Assembly: GCA_902595845.1 (NCBI GenBank)
Contig: CACJRN010000006.1
Span: forward strand, 1,531 to 65,530
Source: an uncultured Gammaproteobacteria bacterium
GTDB taxonomy: Bacteria; Pseudomonadota; Gammaproteobacteria; Steroidobacterales; UBA11654
Length of the DNA stretch: 64,000 nucleotides
Direction: 5' to 3'
Under the pieces are notes generated by a model. The model saw only the letters and a list, made by a program, of their open reading frames with translations. It was not told where the DNA came from and ran no database searches. A program made the position numbers and the translations under genes. Of this stretch, positions 48,039-58,359 are shown one piece after another. The stretch's first letter is position 1. The number at the start of each line of letters is the position of its first letter.

Positions 48039-48873
48039 GTAGATCGAGGATAGCTTGTTCTTCGATTTGTCTCACTCTCTCTAGGGAAACATTAAATTTC
48101 TTTGCAAGCTCTTTGAGGGTTACTTTTTCCTCAGTTAACCATCTGAGTTTCAACACTTCTTTGCTTCTGTTATCGAGATTATCCATTGCTTCGCTTAGTA
48201 GCTCTATATTGCTCTCAAGCCAATTTTCCTTTTCTACAAGTCTAGATGGGTCACTATTTGGCGCTGGCAAGAAACCAGCAGGACTGACGTAAGAATCACT
48301 GTCATCTTCTGGGCGATCAAATAATACATCCTTGGAAGCCAATCTTTGTTCCATGGTCTCTACATCTCTTGTTTTTACACCTAAGTCATTAGCAATTAGG
48401 CTTTTCTCGTCATTGGTTAACCAACCTATTTTCTTTTTTGAATTTCTGAGCTTAAAAAAGAGTTTTCTCTGTGCTTTTGTTGTTGCAACCTTAACAATCT
48501 TCCAGTTATCAAATACAAACTCATGTATCTCAGCTCTAATCCAATGGACAGCATAGGTAACTAGCCTTACTCCTTTATCAGGATCAAATTTTTTGACTGC
48601 CTTCATTAGACCAACATTTCCTTCTTGAATAATGTCAGCGAGAGGCAGGCCATATCCGCTGTATGTTCTTGCTATGTGCACAACAAAACGCAATTGAGAG
48701 AGAACCAATTGTCTAGCAGCATCAAGGTCATTATTCTCTTTGAATTTGACAGCAAGTGCATGCTCTTCTTCTTTTGTTAAGACGGGCGCTTGATTGACGA
48801 TGCTAATATACGCCTCTATGCTCCCAATCGGGCCAAGAAGTTGTATTTCATTTTTTATTGCTAAATCACTCAT
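48016..48873 (-). CDS. rpoH: RNA polymerase heat-shock sigma factor sigma-32
   Basis: DIIQEGNVGLMKAV, WIRAEIHEF, RpoH box VATTKAQRKLFFKLR, ERVRQIE. Confidence 0.96.
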   Translation of the reverse strand: MSDLAIKNEIQLLGPIGSIEAYISIVNQAPVLTKEEEHALAVKFKENNDLDAARQLVLSQLRFVVHIARTYSGYGLPLADIIQEGNVGLMKAVKKFDPDKGVRLVTYAVHWIRAEIHEFVFDNWKIVKVATTKAQRKLFFKLRNSKKKIGWLTNDEKSLIANDLGVKTRDVETMEQRLASKDVLFDRPEDDSDSYVSPAGFLPAPNSDPSRLVEKENWLESNIELLSEAMDNLDNRSKEVLKLRWLTEEKVTLKELAKKFNVSLERVRQIEEQAILDLREQLLNP

Positions 48874-48907
48874 AAATAACTCGAAAATAATTTCGAGGCA
48901 GTAAATA

Positions 48908-48934
48908 TTAGCACTCTCTGACCATGAGTGCTAA
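48908..48934. promoter_or_regulatory. CIRCE element (HrcA operator) upstream of rpoH
   Basis: Exact consensus TTAGCACTC-tctgaccat-GAGTGCTAA (9-nt spacer), 34 bp upstream of the rpoH start. Confidence 0.95.
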
Positions 48935-49036
48935 AAATATAGTTAAATATTTTAAAAATACTATATATATCAATAAATTATAAGGTTCAATAAATCATTA
49001 GTTATGGTAATATTTAAGCAAAATCTGCGCAAAAAA

Positions 49037-49621
49037 ATGACGACATTAAAAAAAGTAAGAAAGGTTAGAATAATTAGCGGTAAGCACAAAGGCGTTTCCC
49101 TTTCTGTAAATGATGATCTTGTTAAACCCACGCCTGACCGTATTCGAGAAACATTATTTAATTGGCTTTCTGCTAGCATTGAGGGGTCACGTGTTTTGGA
49201 ATTATTTGGTGGTAGTGGATGTTTAAGCGTTGAAAGTGTCTCCAGAGGCAGTAACTCAGCATTTTATATTGATTCCTCAAAAAAGGCCTGTAGTGCCTTT
49301 AAGGATTCACTTGTTCGATACAGAATCAACGATGTAGCGGTTAAATGCAAAGACTCAATAGAAATGATTCAAAAGAGTAATACGCAAAAGCCATTTGATA
49401 TCATTTTCCTAGATCCGCCTTATGGTCAATATGATTTAATAAAAATTATAGACACGCTTTATGATCATTATTGGGCTTCAGACGCAAGCAAAATTTATCT
49501 CGAGTCAAATGAATGTCTGGATAAAATAGTATCTTCAAAATATCAATTAATTAGGGATTCAAAGGCTGGAAATGTATATTATGGGATCCTAAAATTAATA
49601 AGCCAAAATAGTCTAAAATGA
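49037..49621 (+). CDS. rsmD: 16S rRNA m2G966 methyltransferase
   Basis: VRIISGKHKG, KPTPDRIRETLFNWL, LFGGSG, FLDPPY; precedes coaD; start uncertain. Confidence 0.9.
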   Translation: MTTLKKVRKVRIISGKHKGVSLSVNDDLVKPTPDRIRETLFNWLSASIEGSRVLELFGGSGCLSVESVSRGSNSAFYIDSSKKACSAFKDSLVRYRINDVAVKCKDSIEMIQKSNTQKPFDIIFLDPPYGQYDLIKIIDTLYDHYWASDASKIYLESNECLDKIVSSKYQLIRDSKAGNVYYGILKLISQNSLK

Positions 49622-50094
49622 TCGCACTTTACCCAGGAACATTTGATCCAATTACAAACGGACACTTCGAAATCATTAGAAGAGCTTCAACAATTTTCCA
49701 GGTTTTGGTAGTCGGCGTTGCTATCAGCGACGAAAAAAAACCTTTGTTTAAACATGAAAAAAGGCTTGCCATGGTTAATGAAGTCTTGAATGCTTTTAGC
49801 AATATTGAAGTACAGCCTTATGATGGATTAACCATTGATTTTGCAAAAAAGATTGATGCAAGAGTCATAGTAAGAGGGCTTAGATCTCCTGCTGATGGCC
49901 AATATGAATTTGAGCTAGCCAGCATGAACAAAAAGCTTGCTGATGACATCGAGACTGTTTTTCTTAGCAGCGGGGACCAAAATGCTTTTATATCATCTTC
50001 CTTAATTAGACAAATCGCACAAGAGGGAGGCGATATTTCAGATTTTGTTCATCCAGTGGTTCACCAAAATCTTTCCGAAGCATACAAAAAATAA
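49618..50094 (+). CDS. coaD: Phosphopantetheine adenylyltransferase
   Basis: YPGTFDPITNGH, IVRGLR, ISSSLIR. Confidence 0.96.
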   Translation: MIALYPGTFDPITNGHFEIIRRASTIFQVLVVGVAISDEKKPLFKHEKRLAMVNEVLNAFSNIEVQPYDGLTIDFAKKIDARVIVRGLRSPADGQYEFELASMNKKLADDIETVFLSSGDQNAFISSSLIRQIAQEGGDISDFVHPVVHQNLSEAYKK

Positions 50095-50097
50095 AGA

Positions 50098-51786
50098 ATG
50101 GCAAAGACTCTCAGACTTTTAATAGTTATCAATCTGGCATTCTTTTTTGGTGAATCCATTCATGCAGAGGGTTTTAATAAAGCGGGGATTGCAACCGCAC
50201 ATCCATTGGCAACAAAGGCAGGCTATGAAATTCTTGAAATGGGAGGAAATGCTTTTGATGCTGCTGTCACTGTTAGTGCAGTGCTTTCAGTTGTCGAGCC
50301 ATATAGCTCTGGCTTAGGAGGGGGAGGATTCTTTCTTTTGCATAATGCAGAAGATGGTCAATCTGTGTTCGTTGACGCCAGAGAGAAAGCGCCCTCAATG
50401 GCAGACCGAGACATGTACCTTGACGAAAATGGCGATGTGCTCAGAACCGCTTCTCTGAATGGACCACTGGCTTCTGGTATACCAGGATTACCGGCAGCCC
50501 TTCATCATGTTGCAAATAATCATGGCAGTATGCCCTTATATAAACTACTAGAGCCAGCTATTCGGCTTGCTCGTGATGGTTTTCCTGCTTATGAAAGATT
50601 AATCACCGCATTGAATGTTGCAAAAAAATCAAGAACGCTTTCCCCAAAGTTTAAAGCAGTATTTATGCCAAATGACCAGCTTCCAGAAGTTGGACAACTC
50701 ATAAAACAGCCTGAACTTGCAAAGACTCTAGAAATCATTGCTTCAAATGGACACGATGGTTTTTATAAAAGCTTCTTTACCCAAAAAATGATTGATGAAG
50801 CAAGACAGGATGGTTCAATCTGGTTAGCAGATGATTTTAAAAACTACTCAGTGGTTGAGAGAGAACCAATAAAGGTAAATTTCTTGGGCGCACAACTCAC
50901 AACTGCTCCACCACCATCATCTGGCGGCACAACAATCGCAACTATTTTGAACATAATCAGTGAATTTGATTTCATTGAAATGGATATTTCCACAAGAACT
51001 CACTTGGTGGTTGAATCAATGAGGAGGGCCTACAGGGATAGAGCATTCTTCTTAGGCGATCCTGATTTTGTTGATGTTCCTATAAAAAAACTCACTAGCA
51101 AAGAACATGCTTCAATTTTGGCTCAGTCTATAGATATGAACGCAGCAACCCCAATACATGAAGATGATCAGCTGGATGAAAAGTATGCATGGAATGAGGG
51201 TTCGCACACCACCCACTTCTCAATTTTAGATATGGACGGCAATCGAGCTGCAGTCACACAAACAATAAACACATGGTTTGGCTCAGGATATATGCTTCCT
51301 AGTTCTGGCTTAATACTTAATAACGAGATGGATGATTTTTCGGCAAAACCATTTGCTCCAAATCGATATGGGCTTGTCCATGGAGAGCAAAATTCTATAC
51401 AGCCAAACAAGCGTATGCTTTCAAGTATGACACCAACATTTATAGAGTCTGAAAAAGGCTTGGCTATTCTTGGAACTCCAGGAGGCGCAAGAATAATAAC
51501 AATGGTACTGCTCTCAATACTTGATTATTTTGAAGGCGGCACTGCTGAGACTATGACAGCAAAAAAAAGATTTCATCACCAATTTCTACCAGATGTAATC
51601 AGATATGAAAAAGATGCGTTCACAGAAGAGACCATTACAATTCTTGAATCAAAAGGGCATACCCTCCAAGAAATATCTAGTTATGGAAATATGCAAGTTG
51701 TCACTTGGGAGAAGGACTCCGGAGATGTAAGCTCATCCTCTGATCCGAGAGGAATCATTGAGGGCTACGATATTGACTTTTACTAA
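50098..51786 (+). CDS. ggt: Gamma-glutamyltransferase
   Basis: Signal peptide, GGNAFDAA, SGLGGGGF, HTTHFS (autocleavage Thr), NNEMDDF, LSSMTPT, GTPGG. Confidence 0.95.
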   Translation: MAKTLRLLIVINLAFFFGESIHAEGFNKAGIATAHPLATKAGYEILEMGGNAFDAAVTVSAVLSVVEPYSSGLGGGGFFLLHNAEDGQSVFVDAREKAPSMADRDMYLDENGDVLRTASLNGPLASGIPGLPAALHHVANNHGSMPLYKLLEPAIRLARDGFPAYERLITALNVAKKSRTLSPKFKAVFMPNDQLPEVGQLIKQPELAKTLEIIASNGHDGFYKSFFTQKMIDEARQDGSIWLADDFKNYSVVEREPIKVNFLGAQLTTAPPPSSGGTTIATILNIISEFDFIEMDISTRTHLVVESMRRAYRDRAFFLGDPDFVDVPIKKLTSKEHASILAQSIDMNAATPIHEDDQLDEKYAWNEGSHTTHFSILDMDGNRAAVTQTINTWFGSGYMLPSSGLILNNEMDDFSAKPFAPNRYGLVHGEQNSIQPNKRMLSSMTPTFIESEKGLAILGTPGGARIITMVLLSILDYFEGGTAETMTAKKRFHHQFLPDVIRYEKDAFTEETITILESKGHTLQEISSYGNMQVVTWEKDSGDVSSSSDPRGIIEGYDIDFY

Positions 51787-52608
51787 TTAGGTTTGGCACT
51801 TCGGACAAAAGAAGCTGTTTCGTCCGGCAATGATTCTGTCTTTTATAAGCTCTGAGCATTTTTTACATTCTTCACCAGATCTACCGTATACAAAGAGCTT
51901 TTGCTTAAAATAACCAATCTGCCTGACTTCATTGTAATAAGTGAAGTCTCGGAGTGTTGTGCCACCCATTTCAATCGCTTCATTTAAGACCCTCTTTATT
52001 TCTTCACCTAATTTTCTGTATCGCTGTTTGCTAATTCTGCTAGAAGATCGAATGGGGTTGATGCCACTCCTGAAAAGCGACTCACTTGCATAAATATTTC
52101 CAACGCCAACAACAATATTCGAGTTCATAATAAAGTTTTTCACCGCAGCTTTTCTGCTTCTGCTCATGGTGAATAAATATTCTCCAAGAGCTTTTTCATC
52201 AAGGGGTTCAATGCCAAGACTCTTTATCAGTTTATGTTCTTCAGGGCGCTCATTTGTCCATACAGCACAGCCGAATCGCCTGGGGTCGTTTAAGCGAACC
52301 ACTTTTTTGTTCTTAAGAATGAATTCAACATGATCATGTTTGTGGTATTTTGAATTTTTATCGAAGATCCCAATGCTTCCAGACATCCCAAGATGAAGAA
52401 TTAAGGCACCGTTTTCGCAAGAAATTAGGATATATTTTCCTCTTCTGTATATTTTCTTGATATCAGAATGAATGATGTTGCGAATCTTTTTTTCTTCGAC
52501 TGGCCACCGAAGCTTTTTATTTCTGATATTCACCCCAGTGATCGAGGTTTTTTTTAAAGCAGATTCCAATGCCTTCTTAGTGACCTCAACTTCGGGTAAC
52601 TCAGGCAT
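51787..52608 (-). CDS. mutM: Formamidopyrimidine-DNA glycosylase
   Basis: MPELPEVE, HLGMSG, DPRRFG, GVGNIYASE, C-terminal zinc finger CKKC...CPKCQ. Confidence 0.97.
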   Translation of the reverse strand: MPELPEVEVTKKALESALKKTSITGVNIRNKKLRWPVEEKKIRNIIHSDIKKIYRRGKYILISCENGALILHLGMSGSIGIFDKNSKYHKHDHVEFILKNKKVVRLNDPRRFGCAVWTNERPEEHKLIKSLGIEPLDEKALGEYLFTMSRSRKAAVKNFIMNSNIVVGVGNIYASESLFRSGINPIRSSSRISKQRYRKLGEEIKRVLNEAIEMGGTTLRDFTYYNEVRQIGYFKQKLFVYGRSGEECKKCSELIKDRIIAGRNSFFCPKCQT

Positions 52609-52634
52609 TTTTTAGATTATGTTGAAGAAGAATG

Positions 52635-52790
52635 TTATTTGATTTTTGCTTCTTTGTAGAGGACATGCTTCCTGATTTTAGGATCAAACTTCTTTGTTTC
52701 CATTTTATCTGGGTGTTCTTTTTTATTTTTCGTGGTCGTGTAGTAATGACCCGTTTTTGCAGATGAGACCAGCTTAATTTTTTCTCTCAT
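52635..52790 (-). CDS. rpmG: 50S ribosomal protein L33 (51 aa, below the ORF-track cutoff)
   Basis: Hand translation [51 protein letters not shown]; TAATG overlap with rpmB. Confidence 0.95.
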   Translation of the reverse strand: MREKIKLVSSAKTGHYYTTTKNKKEHPDKMETKKFDPKIRKHVLYKEAKIK

Positions 52791-53026
52791 TACGCCCTCT
52801 CTCCAAAATCCTTGAGGTTTTCAAGTACATGATCGATGCCATGCTTATCGATGGTTCTTAGGCCTTTTTTAGACAAACGTAGCTTTATGAATCTGTTTTG
52901 GCTCTCTACCCAGATTCTGTGCGTATGAAGGTTCGGCAGAAACTTTCTTCTCGTCTTATTATGGGCATGGGAGACATTATTCCCACTTTTTGTTTTTTTG
53001 CCCGTTACTTGACACACTCTTGCCAT
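52790..53026 (-). CDS. rpmB: 50S ribosomal protein L28
   Basis: [31 protein letters not shown]. Confidence 0.97.
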   Translation of the reverse strand: MARVCQVTGKKTKSGNNVSHAHNKTRRKFLPNLHTHRIWVESQNRFIKLRLSKKGLRTIDKHGIDHVLENLKDFGERA

Positions 53027-53074
53027 TTTTGTTTTACCTCTTAGGTACTGATTTATTTTTAATTCAGGACGGCT

Positions 53075-53103
53075 TTTATACCAATAGCACAGACAGTTAG
53101 CAA
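53075..53103 (-). promoter_or_regulatory. Sigma70 promoter for rpmB-rpmG
   Basis: Minus strand TTGCTA-N17-TATAAA followed by GC-rich AGCCGTCC. Confidence 0.6.
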
Positions 53104-53169
53104 GTATTTATAGACAATTTTAATATCACTTTGGTAACACATATTCTTAAAAAGAATTAAACTAATGTT

Positions 53170-53643
53170 ATGCAAGATAGTCCTAATAGAAAAATTATTG
53201 AACTAAAGGTTCTGGACAAAAGAATCGGCGATACTTTTGATATGCCAGATTACCAAACATCAGGCTCCGCTGGGATAGATTTACTTGCATGCTTAGATGA
53301 ACCCTTGACGATCCAGCCTGGCGATACCGAGCTCATTCCAAGCGGTATTGCAGTCTATATAAGAGATTCGTCTCTGGCAGCTGTTTTGCTGCCCCGTTCT
53401 GGGCTTGGCCACAAGAAGGGCCTTGTTTTAGGAAATTTAGTCGGCTTGATTGACTCTGACTACCAGGGACAAGTTTTTATTTCATGCTGGAACAGAGGAA
53501 AAGAAAGTTGTGTGATTGAGCCTGGTATGCGATTGGCTCAAATGGTTTTTCTGCCAATTCAACAGGTCAACTTTAATTTGGTGGAGTCCTTTGAAGAATC
53601 AGATCGCGGAGAAGGCGGATTTGGACATACCGGCGAGGGTTGA
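53170..53643 (+). CDS. dut: dUTP diphosphatase
   Basis: [32 protein letters not shown]. Confidence 0.96.
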   Translation: MQDSPNRKIIELKVLDKRIGDTFDMPDYQTSGSAGIDLLACLDEPLTIQPGDTELIPSGIAVYIRDSSLAAVLLPRSGLGHKKGLVLGNLVGLIDSDYQGQVFISCWNRGKESCVIEPGMRLAQMVFLPIQQVNFNLVESFEESDRGEGGFGHTGEG

Positions 53644-53649
53644 TATAAA

Positions 53650-54294
53650 TCAAGCGCCGTATTTTTCTCTATAGGCCTCTATTTTTTCAACAAAAGCCTC
53701 AAGTTCACTGGAGCTATTTTTTACAAATGTGAGAACCTGATCCAAGTTGACAATTGAAATCACCGGCACACCAAGCTCTTTAGAAACCTCTTCAACCGCT
53801 GATAAATCTCCCCCACCTTTTTCTTGTCTATCAAGCGCTATGAGTATTCCTGAGATTTCAGCACTCGCCTGAGTGATCATCTTTGAAGCCTCTTTGATGG
53901 CGGTCCCAGCAGTGATTACATCATCAACGATGACCACTTTGCCAGACAATGACGGGCCAACTATCTGTCCGCCCTCCCCGTGATCTTTTTTCTCTTTTCG
54001 GTTGTAGACAAAGGGAACATTCTTTTCATGGTTGACAAAGAGACTCGAACTTAAGACTGATACAAGAGGAATCCCTTTATAAGCAGGACCAAAAAGCATG
54101 TCGTATTCGATATTGCTCCCCTCTAGGGCAGCAGCATAAAAGTCACCGATATTTTTTAAGGCTTTGCCTGTTGAGAAAAGACCCATATTAAAAAAATATG
54201 GACTGACTCTTCCAGATTTAAGCTCAAACTCTCCAAATTTGAGAGCGCCAATTTGAATCGCCAGTTGTATAAAGTTCTGTTTGTAGTTTTCCAT
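53650..54294 (-). CDS. pyrE: Orotate phosphoribosyltransferase
   Basis: LKSGRVSPYFFN, FGPAYKGIP, RKEKKDHGEGG, VDDVITAGT. Confidence 0.96.
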   Translation of the reverse strand: MENYKQNFIQLAIQIGALKFGEFELKSGRVSPYFFNMGLFSTGKALKNIGDFYAAALEGSNIEYDMLFGPAYKGIPLVSVLSSSLFVNHEKNVPFVYNRKEKKDHGEGGQIVGPSLSGKVVIVDDVITAGTAIKEASKMITQASAEISGILIALDRQEKGGGDLSAVEEVSKELGVPVISIVNLDQVLTFVKNSSSELEAFVEKIEAYREKYGA

Positions 54295-54348
54295 TAACGT
54301 TAAACTAAGACTTGTATTCTGCTAAGCATCTCACAGAATGACCCGATA

Positions 54349-55146
54349 ATGAAGATAAGCATTCAAGTTGGAGAAAAAGAGATAAAGATTATTACCTTAA
54401 ATGTCAACGGCATCAGAGCAGCAAATAAAAAAGGCCTGTTTAATTGGCTCAGCGAAGAAAATGCCGATATTGTTTGTCTTCAAGAGGTCAGGGCCCAATT
54501 AGATGATATCCAAGGGGATGAGTATTGGCCAAATGGCTACCACTGTTTTCACAATCAAGCGGTTAAGAAGGGCTATAGCGGTGTTGCTATCTTTACAAAG
54601 GAAAAGCCAGAAAGTCTTATTGATACAATGGAATCAGAAGAGTTTGACCAGGAAGGCCGCTATATTGAGTGCTCGCTCAAGGAATTTAAAATTGCCTCAG
54701 CATATTTTCCATCAGGGTCTTCAGGCGACATAAGACAAGAGGCTAAATATCGCTTTTTAGATTTCTTTGAAAAGAAAATAGCTCGATATAATCAATCAAA
54801 AACTGCATTTATATTTTGCGGCGATATTAATATCGTTCACAAAGAGATTGACATTAAGAACTGGAAATCAAACCAAAAGAACTCTGGATGCTTGCCTGAA
54901 GAAAGGGCTTGGCTGGATAAAATTATTGACGAGCATGGATGCACAGATGCATTCAGGTCAATAAACACCAAGCCAGAAGAATATACTTGGTGGTCCAACA
55001 GGGGGAATGCCTATAATAACAATGTAGGCTGGAGGATTGACTATCAGTTTTACAATAAGTTTTTTCCTAAAGCACCGCTTAGATCTTCAATTTATAAAAA
55101 GGAAAGGTTTTCAGATCATGCTCCACTGATTATTGATTATGAATAG
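54349..55146 (+). CDS. Second exodeoxyribonuclease III / AP endonuclease (ExoA/Crc clade)
   Basis: LNVNGIRAA, CLQEVR, YFPSGS, GDINI, YTWWSNR, GWRIDY, FSDHAP; divergent from pyrE. Confidence 0.9.
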   Translation: MKISIQVGEKEIKIITLNVNGIRAANKKGLFNWLSEENADIVCLQEVRAQLDDIQGDEYWPNGYHCFHNQAVKKGYSGVAIFTKEKPESLIDTMESEEFDQEGRYIECSLKEFKIASAYFPSGSSGDIRQEAKYRFLDFFEKKIARYNQSKTAFIFCGDINIVHKEIDIKNWKSNQKNSGCLPEERAWLDKIIDEHGCTDAFRSINTKPEEYTWWSNRGNAYNNNVGWRIDYQFYNKFFPKAPLRSSIYKKERFSDHAPLIIDYE

Positions 55147-56413
55147 AGCGCTCTCAGAATACAGTGAAAAAGGGTTGGGTATCTATGCCAGTTCTGAGTC
55201 CATCAGAATGGTTTTTTTAGGATTTTCAGCAGGTCTGCCCCACCCACTTTTGTTTGCAACACTGACGCTTTGGCTTGCTTCTGCAGAGGTAAGCATTTCT
55301 GAGATTACAATGTTTGGATGGGTTGGGATTATTTATGCCATTAAGTTTTTATGGGCCCCCATGCTTGATCGATTAAGATTGCCTGGGCTTACAAGCTTAA
55401 TCGGGCAAAGAAGATCGTGGATGCTTCTTACACAAGCAATCATCCTGGTTGGACTGATTTATATGTCCTTTCTGCAGCCAGAAAGTGATCTTATTTTTTT
55501 GGCATATATGTCTATAATCGTCGCATTTGCATCGGCATCCCAGGATGTTGCAATTGATGCATATAGAATTGAGATAGCTGAAAGTAAATTTCAAGCAGTT
55601 CTGGGTGCTAGTTATCAACTTGGATATAGAATCTCAGCATTGACCTCTGGCGCTGGAGCTTTATATCTCGCCAGTTTTTATGATTGGAAATTAACGTATC
55701 AGATCATGTCTATGTTCATGTTGGTTGGCATCATGACAGTAATCATGATTCCAGAATCAACAAAACCCTTCGAGAAAAAGAATAATTCTGGATGGTTGAA
55801 AAAGACTCTAATAGAACCCTTCGCTGAATTTTTTAAAAGGAACGGTTATTGGTCTCTCTTTCTTCTTATGTTTATAGCAATATATCGAGTCAGTGACTTA
55901 ATCATCGGGATTGCTGCAAATCCATTCTATGCAGATCTTGGATTTAATCTTTCTGAGATTGCAACAGTGACAAAAGTTTTTGGGTTTACCATAACCATCA
56001 TTGGCGCATTCATCGGCGGACTGAGTGTGGCTCGTTTTGGAATTAGTAAGTTACTGATTATTAGCAGCATCTTATTGACGGTCACCAACCTGTTTTTCTT
56101 ATTTTTAAATAATGCAGGCCCCAGCCTACCTGCTTTGGTTTTAACAATAAGTGCAGATAACTTTGCATTGGGATTCTCGGGTACAGTTTTCATAGCATTC
56201 TTATCAAGCCTAACAAGTAGATATTTTACCGCCAGTCAATATGCTCTCTTTACATCCGTTATGTTTTTGCCCGGAATTACACTCAGCGGATTCTCTGGAC
56301 AAATCATCGAGAGCAGTGGTTGGTCCACCCTCTTTATTTATTCAGCATTGCTTGGCATACCTTCGATTGCATGCTCACTTCTAATTGTCAAAAAAGGCTG
56401 GAAGGAACAATAG
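55139..56413 (+). CDS. ampG: AmpG-like muropeptide MFS permease
   Basis: LGFSAGLP, KFLWAP, GQRRSWML, ASQDVAIDAYRIE, TASQYALF. Confidence 0.9.
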   Translation: MNRALSEYSEKGLGIYASSESIRMVFLGFSAGLPHPLLFATLTLWLASAEVSISEITMFGWVGIIYAIKFLWAPMLDRLRLPGLTSLIGQRRSWMLLTQAIILVGLIYMSFLQPESDLIFLAYMSIIVAFASASQDVAIDAYRIEIAESKFQAVLGASYQLGYRISALTSGAGALYLASFYDWKLTYQIMSMFMLVGIMTVIMIPESTKPFEKKNNSGWLKKTLIEPFAEFFKRNGYWSLFLLMFIAIYRVSDLIIGIAANPFYADLGFNLSEIATVTKVFGFTITIIGAFIGGLSVARFGISKLLIISSILLTVTNLFFLFLNNAGPSLPALVLTISADNFALGFSGTVFIAFLSSLTSRYFTASQYALFTSVMFLPGITLSGFSGQIIESSGWSTLFIYSALLGIPSIACSLLIVKKGWKEQ

Positions 56414-57271
56414 TCAGGCTTTAAAGATGAATGAGTTTTCTGTTACAAATTGAGCAAGTGACTTCGGCGAATCTCCCATAAGAGAATTGAATGTGTCTGT
56501 TTTTTCCTCAATACCACCTTCAGCAATACCTTTAAATAGATCAATGACTGCATCCAGATGCCATTGATTTGTTAAAAACTGACTCAGCGTTTCTTTATAT
56601 GCGGCCAAGGGAACGTCTACATAATCTACTTCTGTGCCAAGAACTTGGCTAAAGATTTCAGCAACCTCATAAAAAGATAAGATCTCAGGTCCAGTTATTT
56701 CGTGGTTCATCGATTCATGCCCATCTTCAGAAAGAACTTTAGCTAGAACTTTTCCTACATCAGTCGTGTCTATCATTCCGGTCTTACCTTCACCCATCGG
56801 CAGAAAGATTTTCCCCTGATCTTTTATTGTTCCAGCTGATGCAAGTAAGTTTTGCATGTAGAAATTGGGCTTAACCATGGTCCAGCTCAAACCGGACTGC
56901 TTAATATATTCCTCTGACTCAAGATGTAATTTTGGAATAGGACTCGTTGCATCGGGTGTTGCTTCAATCGAAGACATTTTTACAATTTTCTTTGCGCCCG
57001 ATTGTTTAGCAGAGTCGACGAGTTGTTTTTCTAATTTGAGTTGACCCTCTGAATTTGGAAGCAATATCAGTACCGTATCAATTCCATCCATTGATTGTTC
57101 AACTGCCTCAACATTTTCAATTGATCCAATGACTACTTCAGCGCCTAGAGATTCTAGTTCTTGTTTCTTTGCCTCGTTTCTTATCAACACTCTAAATTTT
57201 TCTCCCATATCACTGAGAGATTTTGCTGTAGCAGAGCCAGTTTTCCCTGTAGCGCCTGTGACTAGTATCAT
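56414..57271 (-). CDS. NmrA-like atypical SDR oxidoreductase
   Basis: ILVTGATGKTG, VKMSS, KPNFYMQN, ITGPE. Confidence 0.85.
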   Translation of the reverse strand: MILVTGATGKTGSATAKSLSDMGEKFRVLIRNEAKKQELESLGAEVVIGSIENVEAVEQSMDGIDTVLILLPNSEGQLKLEKQLVDSAKQSGAKKIVKMSSIEATPDATSPIPKLHLESEEYIKQSGLSWTMVKPNFYMQNLLASAGTIKDQGKIFLPMGEGKTGMIDTTDVGKVLAKVLSEDGHESMNHEITGPEILSFYEVAEIFSQVLGTEVDYVDVPLAAYKETLSQFLTNQWHLDAVIDLFKGIAEGGIEEKTDTFNSLMGDSPKSLAQFVTENSFIFKA

Positions 57272-58293
57272 TTCTTATTCTCCAAATTAAGTTTTGTTAA
57301 ATAGAGGTCATGAAAATATGCGACCCCTGTTTCATATTTTTTACTTAGCGGTCCTTCATTATATATACCTGCTTGAAGATTTTGCTGTATTTCTGGAATC
57401 AGCTTTTGATCTTCCAGGCTGACCTCTAATTGATATTTTCCCTCTTTATTTTCAAAATCCTCCACGTCGACGTCAGATGGGCGAAATAGATTATAGACGA
57501 CCCTACACCATTTGGGTTTGAGAGGCTCAATTCTTTGGAAAACAATGCCTCTTCCATAGATATTGAAAATAAAATTTGGAAAGTGCCAGCCAAAGCTTCC
57601 AGGTTGATTGCTATTAGCTCGATCTGGCACAGAGTGAACACTATATTCATTCATATTCTCTAACTTATATTCTTGCCAAACTACATCACGATTGAGCTGA
57701 GGATGGACCAGGGGGATGTGATAACCTTCTTGATAATTATCAACATATGTTTTCCAGTTTGCATGAACATCAAACCTGAGCTCATTATGGAGAATCAAGT
57801 TGTCAGTAAAATAATTACTAACAATTTTTTCAAAGCCACCAAACCATTTATCTAGAGGTTTGGATTCCTTATTAAGGTTTATAAAAATAAGACCAAAACG
57901 TTCGGCTACCGATATTTCAAAGAGAGAATGTCTGTCTTTTTCAAAATCATCATTCGCATAAAATTTTGGCGTGTCCATTAGCTTTCCATTGAGATCGTAC
58001 TTCCAACCATGATAGGGACATATCATGTGCTTGCAGACACCCTCTTTATTTGAGATCACTTTGGCCGCTCTATGCCTGCAGACATTATGAAAAGCCTTTA
58101 GATTACCCGAGTTATCTCTGACGACGATAATTGGATAGTTGATTAAATCAGTGGTTATATATGATCCAGAGGTTGTTAATTGATCTGATCTTCCGACCCA
58201 GAGCCACTCGTTTTTAAATATGCTTTCAGTCTCCTGATTGAAAACAGATGACGAGTGATAGAAGTCTGACGATAAAGTTTTTGTCCTGGACAT
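57268..58293 (-). CDS. Rieske non-heme iron oxygenase alpha subunit (choline monooxygenase/GbcA/CntA-like group)
   Basis: NVCRHR...CPYHGW (Rieske), NWKTYVDNYQEGYHIPLVHP (Fe ligands), ED...IQ. Confidence 0.9.
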   Translation of the reverse strand: MSRTKTLSSDFYHSSSVFNQETESIFKNEWLWVGRSDQLTTSGSYITTDLINYPIIVVRDNSGNLKAFHNVCRHRAAKVISNKEGVCKHMICPYHGWKYDLNGKLMDTPKFYANDDFEKDRHSLFEISVAERFGLIFINLNKESKPLDKWFGGFEKIVSNYFTDNLILHNELRFDVHANWKTYVDNYQEGYHIPLVHPQLNRDVVWQEYKLENMNEYSVHSVPDRANSNQPGSFGWHFPNFIFNIYGRGIVFQRIEPLKPKWCRVVYNLFRPSDVDVEDFENKEGKYQLEVSLEDQKLIPEIQQNLQAGIYNEGPLSKKYETGVAYFHDLYLTKLNLENKK

Positions 58294-58359
58294 AAAAATG
58301 ATTTAAAACGATATTATGATCTGTAATCATATTAAATGAAATTAGATTAAGGACCACCC

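Noticed and set aside
54349-55146. Possible Crc catabolite-repression protein (pyrE-adjacent as in Pseudomonas)
   Set aside because: Catalytic motifs YFPSG, GDIN and SDH are intact, so it is called an AP endonuclease
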